DNA of 64,000 bases from assembly GCF_006345805.1 (NCBI RefSeq), contig NC_043015.1, positions 47,864,001 through 47,928,000 on the forward strand, read 5' to 3'. Position 1 is the first letter of the stretch. Each line of letters starts with the position of its first letter. Shown piece by piece: positions 24,040-37,076 of the stretch. The position numbers and the translations under genes were made by a program. The notes beneath the pieces are model-generated. The model was not told where the DNA came from. It was given only the letters and a program-made list of their open reading frames with translations, and did no database searches. Source of the stretch: Octopus sinensis. Its lineage: Eukaryota.

Positions 24040-25160
24040 CACCTCCATTGAAATATCATCTTAGAGAAATTTGATGAAAGCAAAGTTATCAATTTTGACA
24101 TCAGCAAAGCTTTTGACCATGTCTGGCATGTGAATTGCCTGTCAAAACTGCCTGCCTATGGACACCACCCATTTCTCATCTGGTAACTTCCTATCAGATC
24201 ACACTATTCTGTCCTGTCAGAGCATATGTTGACAGAGCTGTCTGTTCATCATTCTATTAATTTTACCATGCCTCAAGATTTGGTTTTGTTTTTTGGATTT
24301 TTTTTGCCATTTTCTTCCTTCTATACATCAATGACATCCTTGCAACTTACACTATATGGTGCCCTCTCCAGTGTAGATGATGCTAGCCTTCTTTAACCTC
24401 CCTAACTATGCATCATCAACACTCAACATGGACGCCACATGCTAAACTGACACTGGTTCTATAAGCAGAAACCTCAAAAACATCTTCCAATCAGGGTGTG
24501 CCAATCTTGTCTCTTTAAACCTCAAAAATTACAAATGCTACTCATATCAAGAAAACCTCATCTTACTGCCATCTCTAAACATGAGCAGCATGCAACTAGA
24601 GACCCTTACAATCACCTCAAACGTTGAGCCTCACTCATCATAAAGGACCTCAAGTGCAGGTCCTCGACATAGCTAAGATTGTATCCCAACGACTGTCCCT
24701 TCTCTTCCTGACCAGAAGATACACATCCCCCAAATTATTGTTTGATTCTACAAAGCTCAAGTGAGGCCCATAACAGAAAATTGCTCTCAATCTGAGATGA
24801 TGCTTCTGCTGCACACAAAGATATCCTTGTCTGCTTCTTGAAAAGGGTCACCCAACTGACTACCATAAAGTCCTTCACAAACATATTCCACTTGCTATCT
24901 TGCAGGTGCTCCATTTCCTCATTACCTTTTCTACTACTACTCTGATGGTCCCTACTTCTTAGAGCTGGTGGGTTCATGCAACCCCTAGTCAAGCATTCTG
25001 ACCCACTTGTCTCTGCTCCTCTTATTTCCTTTATTGTATTGAACCTCTCAACCTGTACTGATCACTGTACTAAGTCCTTCCTTCCCAGAACATCAGCTCT
25101 CTTGCACTTCCTCCCTGCTCATCTATATCCTGCAGGTGTTGATATTTGCAATAGTTCATG
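24040..25160 (+). mobile_element. Degenerate LINE reverse transcriptase 3' region (CR1/Jockey-like)
   Basis: Broken frames encode FDISKAFDHVWHVNCLSKLPAYG, FLLYINDIL, VDDA, FYKAQVRPITENCSQ and SFLPRTSALLHFLPAH, with many stops and frameshifts. Confidence 0.85.
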
Positions 25161-25375
25161 AATAATATCAGTGGAATTAACCTCATTGGTCTCAGAGCCT
25201 GTGAAGACAATGGGTACTGCTCCTTCTTCAAGACTCAGCAAAAAGAAAACAAAACATTTCTTTAAAGTACTAGGTAATGTCTCATCAAAATGTTTTCTCT
25301 GGCATTTTCTATTCCTGTTACAATTTTAGGAAGGGGTTACTGAAAATTATTTGATGCACTTATCCCATCTGTGTG

Positions 25376-25610
25376 GAGGTGTGTGGCTTAGTGGTTAGGG
25401 TGTCAGGATCATGATCGTAAGATGGTGGTTTCCATTCATGGACCAGGCGACACGTTGCATTCTTGAGCAAAACACTTCATTTCACGTTGCTCCAGTCCAC
25501 TCAGCTGGCAAAAATGAGTAATGCTGCGATGGACTGGCGTCCCGTCCAGCTGGGGAACGCATATGCCATAGAAACCGGGAAACCAGGCCCAGGAGTCTGG
25601 CTAGGCTTTA
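25376..25610 (+). mobile_element. tRNA-derived SINE with a CORE-like block
   Basis: GTGGCTTAGTGGTTAGGGTG head, then CTTGAGCAAAACACTTCATTTCACGTTGCTCCAGTCCACTCAGCTG. Confidence 0.7.
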
Positions 25611-27009
25611 AAAGGGTGCATTTATTTGATGCACTCATTCCATCTGTCCTTATTACTTGTGTTTGTTTCCCCCCTAAAGACCTAATACTTTTGTTTAATA
25701 CTTTCTGATTATAACAGAATACTTTGGCAACTCCTTTACTCATATGTTCTGCCTAACTATTGTTAAGAAATTTAAGTGACACCCCTAATCTCAAACACTT
25801 TGTGTCATTCTGAAGCTCCAGTATAAGAGATGGTAGGTAGGTGATGAAAACTGTTTGTTTTCTAAAGACTAGCAATTAAAAACGGGTGTCTATTTGTAAA
25901 TGTGTGTGTGTGTTCACTTGCAAATAGGTAGATGTTGTTGTCATGTGACAGTATTTTGGTCGACAAGCTGCAATACGTTTTCAATTTGGTTTGCATTCTA
26001 TTTTTGTTCTGCAAGCAGCTGTGCTTCAAACATTTCTATAATTCCAGTTTGCTGAATATAGTTTGTTAGATGCACAGCATTGGTTTCTTCAAGAAAACAC
26101 GATAACAAGTGAGTTTTGAAAGTATCTAGGTGCCAAACTCATTAAGGATGCTGTACAGATGAGATGATCTTACTAGATTGTACAAATAATGTAAAAACAA
26201 TTATTTATATACTACATGAAAAAGTACCTTAGGTTGGTTGTAAAAATCTGTGTTGTAAAATTAGGTGAAGGAAAATGAGATCTGATAAAATGATATTGGA
26301 TATGAATGCAGAGAAAAATGTTGGGCTGTAAACTAATTTCATCCATCCCAGAATAAGAAACAGATGTTTGTAGGGGTGGCAACAGCAAAGCAAAAATACA
26401 ATTTGCAAACTTTATCCTACAATATATTTGAAAGAACTTTTATAATTGTAACCATTCCTTGGATTTGTATAGTTATAGCTTGACTCCATTTCTGCTTTGG
26501 TAACTCAGAATAGAACTTTGTTAATTCCTGTATAACAGTATTTTTGGTATTAGATCCAAAAATTGAACAATGCTCCTTATTTATAGATTAAAATTTTTGC
26601 AGAAGAAACCAAATTAATCTTACTTTAAGTTTCTTCAAGTTTTCTGTTTATAAAAATGTGGAACTCAAAATGGTAATTCCAATTATTCTTTCTATATTCT
26701 CTAGAGACAGCAGATTTACCAAACATAATTGAATACAGGTGCATAGTAAGGTTTAAGACCACTTATCCAACTAGCATAAAGTCTTTTCAAGAACAATGTT
26801 GTATTTGGAGTAAAAAAAGGGGACTAAATGAATTTATAAAATTTGGATAAAAAAACAAAACAACCTAAAATGATTTTTAATGAAGGTTATATAACATTTA
26901 TGAAATATCAATAAAAGATGAAATCAAATATAAAAAAAAAATCATGGGGTTTTTCACTGTAGATCTGTTAAAGGAGTATTATTGTGGATTGAGGTGTGAA
27001 CTGATTATA

Positions 27010-27304
27010 TCTTTATATATAATATTGAAGTTGTGTGTGTGAGACTCTGTCTCCTCTGATTTAGATTCCTAACTACTCCCACAGTTTAACCAAAAGCGGG
27101 TATCTTATAGTCGTCATTCATATCGAGCCCTTCTGGGTACTAGCACGCATCTACGATGAGTCTACGATTTAAAAATAAATTTACCATCATTTTTCCGCAT
27201 TTTTAATGATTTTTGCTCGGGTTATATAAGGGAAGTAACTCTCTAAAAATGCTTATATAGTTATTTCCCTTACAAACCCGAGCAACGCCAGGCGATACTG
27301 CTAG
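27010..27304 (+). mobile_element. Non-autonomous Helitron
   Basis: A|TCTTTATATATAA at the 5' end, 3' hairpin CCCGAGCAACGCCAGG followed by CGATACTGCTAG|T. A/T insertion site with no TSD. Confidence 0.75.
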
Positions 27305-30120
27305 TTTTGTCCTAAAAAGAAAACGATAACATTATTAGACATACAAACTTTGGTGGACTTACTCAATGAAAAAGGTGACAACTTCTACAATAAGGCCTCC
27401 TTGTTTTATATCTTAGTTTATTTACCAAGGAAGAACCATTTAATATCTGCAAATGCACGTCATTCCTTTCCCATCTAATAAATCATAGGTATTCATATAT
27501 AATCCGTGGCAATTTTCTTTTTGAACTAAATATGTATTGTTGTTGTATTTTTAAGTTCTATATTTATTAACAATTTCTGCATCCGTCATCTTCGTAAATG
27601 ATCAATTTAAAGATTCTATAACCAGACATTTCATTATAGATTCTCAGAGAATAACAGCTTATCTTTTCCAGAATTTCCACGTGGAACCTGTTGTTGAATT
27701 CTGATATCAGTGGCCCATGTACCAGTAGAAAATATTGGCTTCAGATCTTAACTTTGGTAAACATCTTCCTGGATGATCTTCAATTCTTAACAAACTGGGT
27801 TATTTCCCTAACCAGAATTTTTGCATTTTCTTACATGAAAGTAGCTGGCCATAAGACTTCATTAATTTGTGTATGACCTTCATATTGCTTGTGTTAATAC
27901 TGCATGAGGAATTACATCTGAAAAATCAAAACCTCATTTGTTTTGTACTAAAATGGTGCATAATTTATTTACATAATATACTAAAATGGTGCATAAGTTA
28001 TTATGTACTAAAATGGTGCATAAGTTATTTACATAATATACGGATAAATAATATATAACTGTTCTCTTACATAGTTACATCTAATTTGCATGCTTCCTGT
28101 TTCTTTCGTTTTGAGATTCATTTATCTTACCATATTTTCTGGCATACAAGTCAACTTAGTATACAGAATAAACATGTAGTTTAAACATTCAAATATCATT
28201 CCTATCTCTCCAAATCCTCCTGCCTTTCACACAGAACTTTTGGTTCTCCAAAGTGTCTTGTGTGTAAGTCAACCTACTTTTGCAGGGTTGTAAATTTTGG
28301 ACTGAAAAGTTTGACATTGTATGCTGGAAAATATAGCATTTACCGATTCACATACCTTTTTTTTTTGTTAATATTATTGCATGGGCTGAATTGTTTTTGT
28401 TATATTGATTGTAATGCAATTAAACTAAAACAAACAAGAGTATAATAACTAAAGCAACCAGAAGTACAACACAATAGTTAGGCTTGAACTCATGACCCTG
28501 GTTATAGCCTAGCAAACTATGGCCCACAAGATTTTCATCATCATCATCATCATTGTTTAACGTCCACTTTCCATGCTAGCATGGGTTGGATGATTTGACT
28601 GAGGGCTGGCGAACCAGATGGCTGCACCAGGCTCCAATCTTGATCTGGCAGAGTTTCTACAGCTGGATGCCCTTCCTAACACCAACCACTCCGAGAGTGT
28701 AGTGGGTGCTTTTACGTGCCACCTGCACGGGGGCCAGTCAGGTGGTACTGGCAATGACCTCGCTCGAATCTTTTTACACATGTGACAGTAAGGCAATGCT
28801 GGTAACGATCACGCTCAAATGGTGACTTTTACATGCCACCAGCACGGAAGCCAGTTAGCCACTCTGGCAATGATCATACTCGGATGGTGCTCTTAGCACC
28901 CTACTAGCACGGGGCTCAAGTGCCAGTAAGGCAACCTGAATAGAAAATTACCTTGACTGTTTTTAGTGGGGCAGCCAGTCCACATGATGAAAAGCCACAT
29001 CTCATACAGCCTGCTTTTTGAATAAGGTTGCATATGCCTAGTCTAGCATTTCAACTAAACATTTACTTTCTACTTATTTTATTTGTCATGTTCGTATTAT
29101 GCTAGCAAAAAAAAATATTGCTTCAGTAGTCTAAACATTTAGAGTGCATATTCTGATGGTCCCTTTCTGATTCTTGAACTTGTATTCCATTGGTTTGCAC
29201 AGTCTTATAATTGTGACATGCCAAAATGTAATTTAGTAAAGTGTTAGTTCTGGCTCTGTCAGGTTCCAGGTACTCTGTATTTCCACCTTAATCAGTATTC
29301 CCTCTCATAAACACACACACGTTAGTGTATGTATATATATATATATATACATAATATTAGGGGGTAAATCCAAACTTACAGGGAAAAATTAGATTTAGGA
29401 TTAAATCAAATTTCACAGTATAAATATAAATTAAATTAGAGAAAAAACCACTATTAGGCAAATCAAACAGTGAAAAACATAAACCAAAACATAAAAATAA
29501 ATATAATTAATATAATATACAAAATATATAAAATATACAATTTAAAATTAAATTATTTAAATCTAAAATTTTTAATTATTAATTTTTAATTTTTAATATT
29601 TTTAATTAATTTTTGATCTTATATATATATATAATAATAATAATAATATAAATAATATATAAATATATGCATATATACATACATATATGTACATACCTAC
29701 ATATATATGTATATATACATGCATATATGGGTACAGGACATCAAAAAAACATTGAACACAATGAGAAACGAAAACATAAAAACAAAAACATAGAAATTAA
29801 CATTTTTTTGAACAATGAAAAAACTAACAGAGAAACGAGACATACAACATAAAGAATATTCCCCTTCTTCTTAAAGTGCATGTTGTGTTACCTCGAGAGG
29901 ACCTCATGTGGACACATGGTACATAAAAGCACTCATATTTATATCACTGGCAGATGAAACTTGTCTGTTACAGGTGCAGAGACTACCAGAAGTTAGCAGA
30001 CAAGAACCTCTGCAACAAGTACTGGAACTGCTAGATCACATCATTTCAACCTGCCTGATCTCTTCAGTAGCAGACATCCAGTTGCAGCACAACAGCCAAA
30101 TCTCACTGTCAATGATATAT

Positions 30121-30154
<34 letters not shown>

Positions 30155-30961
30155 GATATATATATATATATATCATTTTAATGTCTTTTCCAGGCACAGG
30201 TGTTGCAGATAGTTAGCAAGTTTATTAAAAAATAATTAATAATGACAGAAGCAGAAATTAATACCAAAAGGTAATCTTCACACCCAACTCAACTTGGATG
30301 TTGTGTTAAAACACTGAATATCATGTTATTTACCTTGAGAGGACTTCTTATATGGAGGCAAGGTGCATAAAAACACTTATAGCATTGGCAGATGAGAGTC
30401 ATCTGTTATGGATACCAGAACTGCCAGATCATGTGATTTTGACCTGCCTGGCCTCTTCAGTGGCAGACATCTGGTAGCAGTATGACAGTTGAATCTCACT
30501 TTCAGTGATATGTAGAGTTTCAGTAACTTTTCAAACCCTGATGTTACAAATAGCAGCAAGTATATTTTAAAATTATCAATAGCAACAGAAGCACCAGTAT
30601 TTAATTAAAAAAGCCATCTATGCATCATATATAAAGTATATACACAGTTGATAAGCCAGTCACTGTAATATTCGTCCTGAGGTAATATCTCTTATGGACT
30701 TACTGTATTAAGAGCACAATAAATATCAAAGAGAGATATAAAAAAGGATTTACCTTTGGTTGTGAGTTAGCACCATTCAAAGGGCCCAAAAAAACTGATG
30801 TGCATTTGGCACTCTCACTTTAGGTTATCAGATCCCGTTGAATCATCCAGCCATTCCAGTGCGAACAATGGACAGTGATGACAGCGATGATGTGCATGTA
30901 TATACATATATGTGTGTGTGTATGCATTTATATATAAATGCACATGTGTGTGTGTGTGTGG

Positions 30962-31225
30962 AGTGTGGTAGGGGCATGCTTTGAGGAGGGATGAAGAGTA
31001 TGTTCTAAGTAGGGTGATTGCGTTTGAGGTAAATGGAGCGCGAGAGCAAGGTAGACCAAGGAAAAAGTGGAGGAGACAGGTGGAGGAGGAGATGGGGAGG
31101 GTTGGTTTGAAAAGGGGGGATGCCCAAAAACCAGGCGAGCTAGTGTGAGGGTGGTTGCTATGGCATTGAGGTAGATCTGGCCACGCCTGCTAATGGGGAC
31201 AAAGCCCGGATTTAAAACACTGGAT
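30962..31225 (+). mobile_element. RTE-clade LINE 3' fragment with (GAT)n tail
   Basis: Encodes W*GHALRRDEEYVLSRVIAFEVNGAREQGRPRKKWRRQVEEEMGRVGL. Confidence 0.8.
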
Positions 31226-31397
31226 GTTGATGATGATGATGTATATATACATTATATATAAATACATGTATATATGTGTGTGTATGTGTATGTGTGTGTG
31301 TGCATGTGTGTGTATATATATGTGTGTATATATATATATATAATATATGTATGTATGTGAGTGAGTGTATGGGTGTATATATGTGTATGTATCTGTA

Positions 31398-31452
<55 letters not shown>

Positions 31453-31457
31453 CTGTT

Positions 31458-31753
31458 TGTTCCTTCTCAAGCCATGCCTGCCTCATAGGGCGGGTTTCCC
31501 GGTTTCCTTGGTGTATAGGTTCCCCCACCTGGACGGAATGCCGGTCAGTCGTAGGTAAGCTGCAAAATGCAGGAGGAAAGAGTAAGAGAAAGTTGTGGTG
31601 AAAGTGTCAGCAGAAGTTTGCCATTACCTCCTGTCGGACCCACATGGAACTTAGGTGTTTCGCTCATAAACACACACATCACCCGGTCTGAGATTTGAAC
31701 CTGTGATTCCTTGACCGGGAGTCCACTGCTCTAACCACTGGGTCATGTGTCTC
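31458..31753 (-). mobile_element. tRNA-derived SINE, a further family
   Basis: - strand head GACCCAGTGGTTAGAGCAGTGGAC...GGTTCAAATC. Confidence 0.65.
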
Positions 31754-31975
31754 CACTGATAGAGTGTCCATAAGAGAAACTGATGTTGTATGCAATGCAC
31801 AATGCCTTGATATACTCCGTTAGGCAACAGTTATTACTGCTATCTTATACCATGGTGTTTGTCCTGCAAAGAATGTGTGGAATTTTTTTGCACATTTGAA
31901 AATGCCTGTCTAATTAGGCAATGAAAATTATTTAGAACTCTGGTCTTCAATGACAACTAAACTAAATAGTGTTAA

Positions 31976-32369
31976 TCTCTCTATATATAAAGCTGAAGTT
32001 GTCTGTGTATGGCAGATTTGGTAGTCTTCAACTAACACTATATCCTCCGAGACCCTGTGGCACAAGTTGACCAAAATTGAGATTATGATAGAAGAAGGCT
32101 TGCTCTTCCTTCCGTAGAAGATAAAATTCAAATTGGACCATGTTAAGACCGAAAATTATTTACATCAAAAAGGTGCTTCTTTTTCTATGAAAATCCCTGT
32201 TCTTTTATGATTTTTTTACTGCTGTGTTGCCATTTTTTGGTGTATTTCAACCAGAAAAATGTTCACTTTAAGAGAATAACAAGCTACATAATGCCAAAGT
32301 TTTACTTTTCAAAAATTCCAATTCTAAAGGGTCGAAACAAACCCGAGCAACGCCGGGCGATACTGCTAG
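31976..32369 (+). mobile_element. Non-autonomous Helitron
   Basis: A|TCTCTCTATATATAAAG at the 5' end, hairpin CCCGAGCAACGCCGGG followed by CGATACTGCTAG|T. Confidence 0.8.
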
Positions 32370-32674
32370 TTTATGTATATAGCTCTGTGTGTGTGTGTGT
32401 GTTCATATCTTTCATTGTTTACTTATTTAGTCATTAGACCAAGGGCAATACTGGGGTACCGCTTTGTTTTGTCAGACAAATCAGCCTCACTACTCACTTG
32501 TTTCAGTCATTTGACTGTGGCCATACTGGAGCACCACCTTCAGTCGAGCAAATCGACCCCAGGACAAACACAGACACATACATACATATACACACGCATA
32601 CATATATATATATACATATATACGACGGGCTTCAAAATGAGGAAAACAAAGACACACACACATAGATATATATA

Positions 32675-33060
32675 CAGACATGATGGCTGTCTACTCGTGA
32701 CCGAGAAAGCCATTGCTGACCTTTAGGAACATTGTGCGCTCTAGGACCAATTTATATTTTGCAGTTGCAGCTCCATCGGTGGCCAATGAGCCCTGCTCTT
32801 GACAAGCATACACGACTGCAAACACTGCAAACCAAGCTTTCCCCATTCACTATACTAGCAGTGTGCTTTTGAGCAGCACACTTAAATTCTTTATGCCGAG
32901 TACAAGCTCTTTGAAAGTTGTCGACCCCACCTTAACCTGCTTCCTCCATCTGTGACGATGAAGGGCATTGCTCTCTCAGTCAGTCTCCTGCATATCACAG
33001 GCCTTTAATGAGGATTTGACACAGTCTTTAAATTGCAGCCTTGGTTTCTGCTGGGGTCTC
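32675..33060 (-). mobile_element. RTE/BovB-like LINE 3' fragment
   Basis: The - strand encodes KPRLQFKDCVKSSLKACDMQETD*ESNALHRHRWRKQVK and the terminal VCSRVCLSRAGLIGH zinc-finger-like motif. Confidence 0.75.
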
Positions 33061-33221
33061 TTTCTACTAACCTATATATATATATATCATCATCCATATA
33101 TATATAAAATATATATAAAAATACAAAATGGGACAAGAACGCAAAACATTCAAATAGACGACACAAAAAAACGGACGGGTCATTTGAAGCCTCTAATCTT
33201 CAGTCAAGAACCGGATCATCC

Positions 33222-33252
<31 letters not shown>

Positions 33253-33882
33253 TACAATGAGCTTATTTCAATTTCCATTTACCAAATCTGCTCACAAGAC
33301 TTTGGTCAGCCCAAGGCTATAGTAGAAGACACTTGCTCAAGGTGCCACACAGCAGGACTGAACCCAGAACCATGTGGTTGAGAAGCAAGCTTCTTATCTC
33401 CCAACCACATCTGCATGTTAAGATAAGATATATATTTTTAAATACACTGGTACAACTAACTAATTTGCAAATTTTGCTTGTGAAAAATCTTCGTTAATTT
33501 GTCATTAACTTTAAATTAAACCACATTTACTTAACGAGTCTTCCATCTCTACACTGGCATGTATGGTGATTTCTATAATTTGCTGATGAGATCGTAATAA
33601 GACTGAAACATAACTAGAGTTGTCTGCTGTATTTGCCACAATAATTTTTATTGATTTATATTGTTTGTTTTTTTCCTTTGCTATATTAAATATATTAATG
33701 CCAAACATCTTACCATTAAATGTATTGACACTAACCACAAATAACAAACATTTTTCCTGACATTTCCAATGACTTTCAAAAAAATATAACAGTTGCTTTG
33801 TTTGTTTGTCATGTCATGGCCATTTTCTCTCCCTTACAGTCCACTTTATTCGCTTCAGCTCAGCTCATTCCAGTCTTGGCTT

Positions 33883-33983
<101 letters not shown>

Positions 33984-34700
33984 TCTCTCTGTAATCAACC
34001 CATGCACGCACACACCAGAAATGTGACACAAATGATATTTTAGTGCTGACTGATTGGCAATTAAGGGATATGGCTCTATTTTTAAAAACTACTATTAAAT
34101 GCTGCATGATTACACACCCTGATGGAAAATGACAAACTCATTGTAATTTCCTTCCTACATAACAAAAGCAGCATAATTGATAGAATGTATTTGAAACATT
34201 TGTTATTACTAAGTCTATAGGACTCCTAAAGCCATCTCCATGCTGCACGTTGTTGGAGCTGTGTTATGGACAAACGTAAGACGTTCATTGTATTTGTGGT
34301 ATTGCTCTTTGTTTAGGTGAAAGAGAATGTTCAAATAAGGTGTCTAGTTGCCTTTAGTGTGTGTGTGTGTGTGTAAGTGTATGTATGTGTATGTATGTGT
34401 GTGTAAATATATGTGTGTTAATGTATGTGTGTGTAAATATATGTATATGCTTGTCTTAATATGTCTGTGTGTCTATGTGAGTGTGTGCATGTGCAGATAT
34501 GTGTGTGTAAATGTGTAAATATATATGTGTTAATGTATGTGTGTGTGTAAATATGTATGTGTTAATGTATGTGTGTGTAAATATTTGTGTTAATGTATGT
34601 GTGTGTAAATATTTGTGTTAATGTATGTGTGTGTAAATATATGTGTATGCTTGTCTTAATGTATCTATGTGTCTATGTGAGTGTGTGCATGTGCAAATAA

Positions 34701-34747
<47 letters not shown>

Positions 34748-36134
34748 ATATATATATATATGTGTGTGTGTGTATATATATATATGTATGTGTATATGTA
34801 TGTATACACACACACACACGTATATGAGCACACATATATTTGCACATGCACACACTCACACACATAGATATATTAACACATGCATATATATATATTTACA
34901 CACACGCACGCACACACACACATATATTTACACATATATATGTTTTCACACGAGTGAGTATATGTATTTATCTATGTATGTATATTCATATGTGTGTGTG
35001 TGTGTGTGCATTTGTGTATATACAGGTGTATTTAGGTGATGTTTTATATCCTATTTCCGTTGAGAATACATTTTTATTAAAACTATACCTACATTTCCTC
35101 CCTATTCTTATTTCTATTCATTAGTTTCAAGCCTTATTTTATTTTATAGAGTAACTTTTTATAATTCAATTGGAAGCTACAAAATTTTTCAGGATTTTAC
35201 AAATAGCTTTTGTTTGGACTGTGAGAGCTGAACCATTGTATTTCAGTGAATAACACTTCTTTCCTTTATGAAAATTGTTAGGTTTATTTTTCTTAGAATT
35301 TATTTGTTCAACTTTTTTTCACCTTAATTGTTTCTTGTTTGTTTTTTTTATATTTTTGTTGTTTTTTGTTTTTCTTATATTTTTGTTGTGTTTTTTTTTT
35401 TAGCAATGCCTGTATTTATATTTTGAAAATGTGAGAAAATTCATTGTTAAATTTTGTTTCAGGTAAACCATCAAAGAGCAAATACTTTGTTTTTTCTCTT
35501 CCTTATTTTAATAATTTACCAGGATTTGCTGTGAGAAATCATGGTGTAAACCTTTGTATTTTTATACAACTACTCTCTTTCTCTTTCACACAGACAAACA
35601 CACACACACACACATACACACATACACCACACTGACACACACACACACACACACACACTCACATATGTACTTGTGGATCAATACAATTCATTATAGGTTA
35701 ACAGTAGTTAAGATTTAACAAGAAGTCAAAAGTTGCCTTGATGTTGAAATAAGAGAGTAAAATTGTAAATTTAGATTCTTTAAGTATTTTTTTCCCTCCC
35801 GAAGCAAAATTTGTTATTTTTCAGGAATCGATACTTTTTACATTCAATTTTTGATTTGCAAGAATGCTAAATTTTTTTTTTTCTTTTGGAAATGTAACCT
35901 GCTTGTTGTTCTTGAATCCCATGTTAACCCATGGGGTTCAACCTGTAATCAAAGACATTCTAGTCATGACCATTCCATTTTTTTACATATCCAGGACTAT
36001 ATCATCTAATCTGTCCTCCTTTTATTTTAAAGATAGTAAAGTGTGATTTGAAAGGGATTTAGCTGCTATTTCTAGCAAGTGGAGTGACTGCATAGGCTTC
36101 CCTTGCATTACTCTCTCTTTCTCTTTTTCTCTCT

Positions 36135-36550
36135 TTTCCTTGTTTCTGTCATTTGACTGTGGCCATGCTGGAGCACTGGCTTTAGTCGAGCAAATCGACC
36201 CCAGGACTTATTCTTTGTAAGCCTAGTACTTATTCTATCGGTCTCTTTTTGCCGAACCGCTAAGTTTACGGGGACGTAAACACACTAGCATCAGTTGTCA
36301 AGCGATGTTGGGAGGACAAACACAGACACACAAACATACACACACACACACACACACACGCACACACACACACACACACACATACACATACATATATATA
36401 TATAGGCTTCTTTCAGTTTCTATCTACCAAATCCACTCAAAAGGCTTTGGTCGGCCCGAGACTATAGTAGAAGGCACTTGCCCAAGGTGCCATGCATTCC
36501 AACTGAACCCAGAACCATGTGGTTGGTAAGCAAGCTACTTACCACACAGC
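36135..36550 (-). mobile_element. SINE family A
   Basis: Family A sequence. Confidence 0.8.
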
Positions 36551-37041
36551 CCTTTAAAAAAAAAAATTAAATACTAGGGTGGATTTGTTCAACTAAACCT
36601 TTCAAGATTGTGCCCCAGCATGGCCACAGTCCAATGACTGAAAGTAGTAGAAGACAAAAGATTGTGTATAGACTTTCTTTCTCTCTTGTAATCTTGACTT
36701 CTTCTTCATTTTTGATCGTTATCTCAACTATTTCAGTATTACACAACCGTCAGTATTTCTTCTTGTATTTCTTCTCAAAATACTTTCTAAATATATTGTA
36801 GAGATCGTTTCAAGAATTCTTCTATATTTATTTCGTTCTGGCCACACACTTCAACATACATTCGGATCATCCTACCAAAGTCGTTGCCAAATCTTTGGAA
36901 CTGGAATTTCATCCCCAGTTATGATTTCTTATAGCATTTTTCTGATAGTATGTGTGTGTGTATATGTGAGAGAGAGAGAGAGAGAAAGAGTGTGTGTGTG
37001 AGAGAAAGAGAGAGAGAGAGAAAGAGTGTGTGTGTGAGAGA

Positions 37042-37076
<35 letters not shown>

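Noticed and set aside
27400-27950. Possible decayed Tc1 transposase on the - strand (EDHPGRCLPK)
   Set aside because: Only one weak motif, many stops and no TIRs found.
33125-33220. CTGAAGA on the - strand in a Penelope-like context; truncated similar sequence near 29870
   Set aside because: No complete stem II plus GAAA could be formed.
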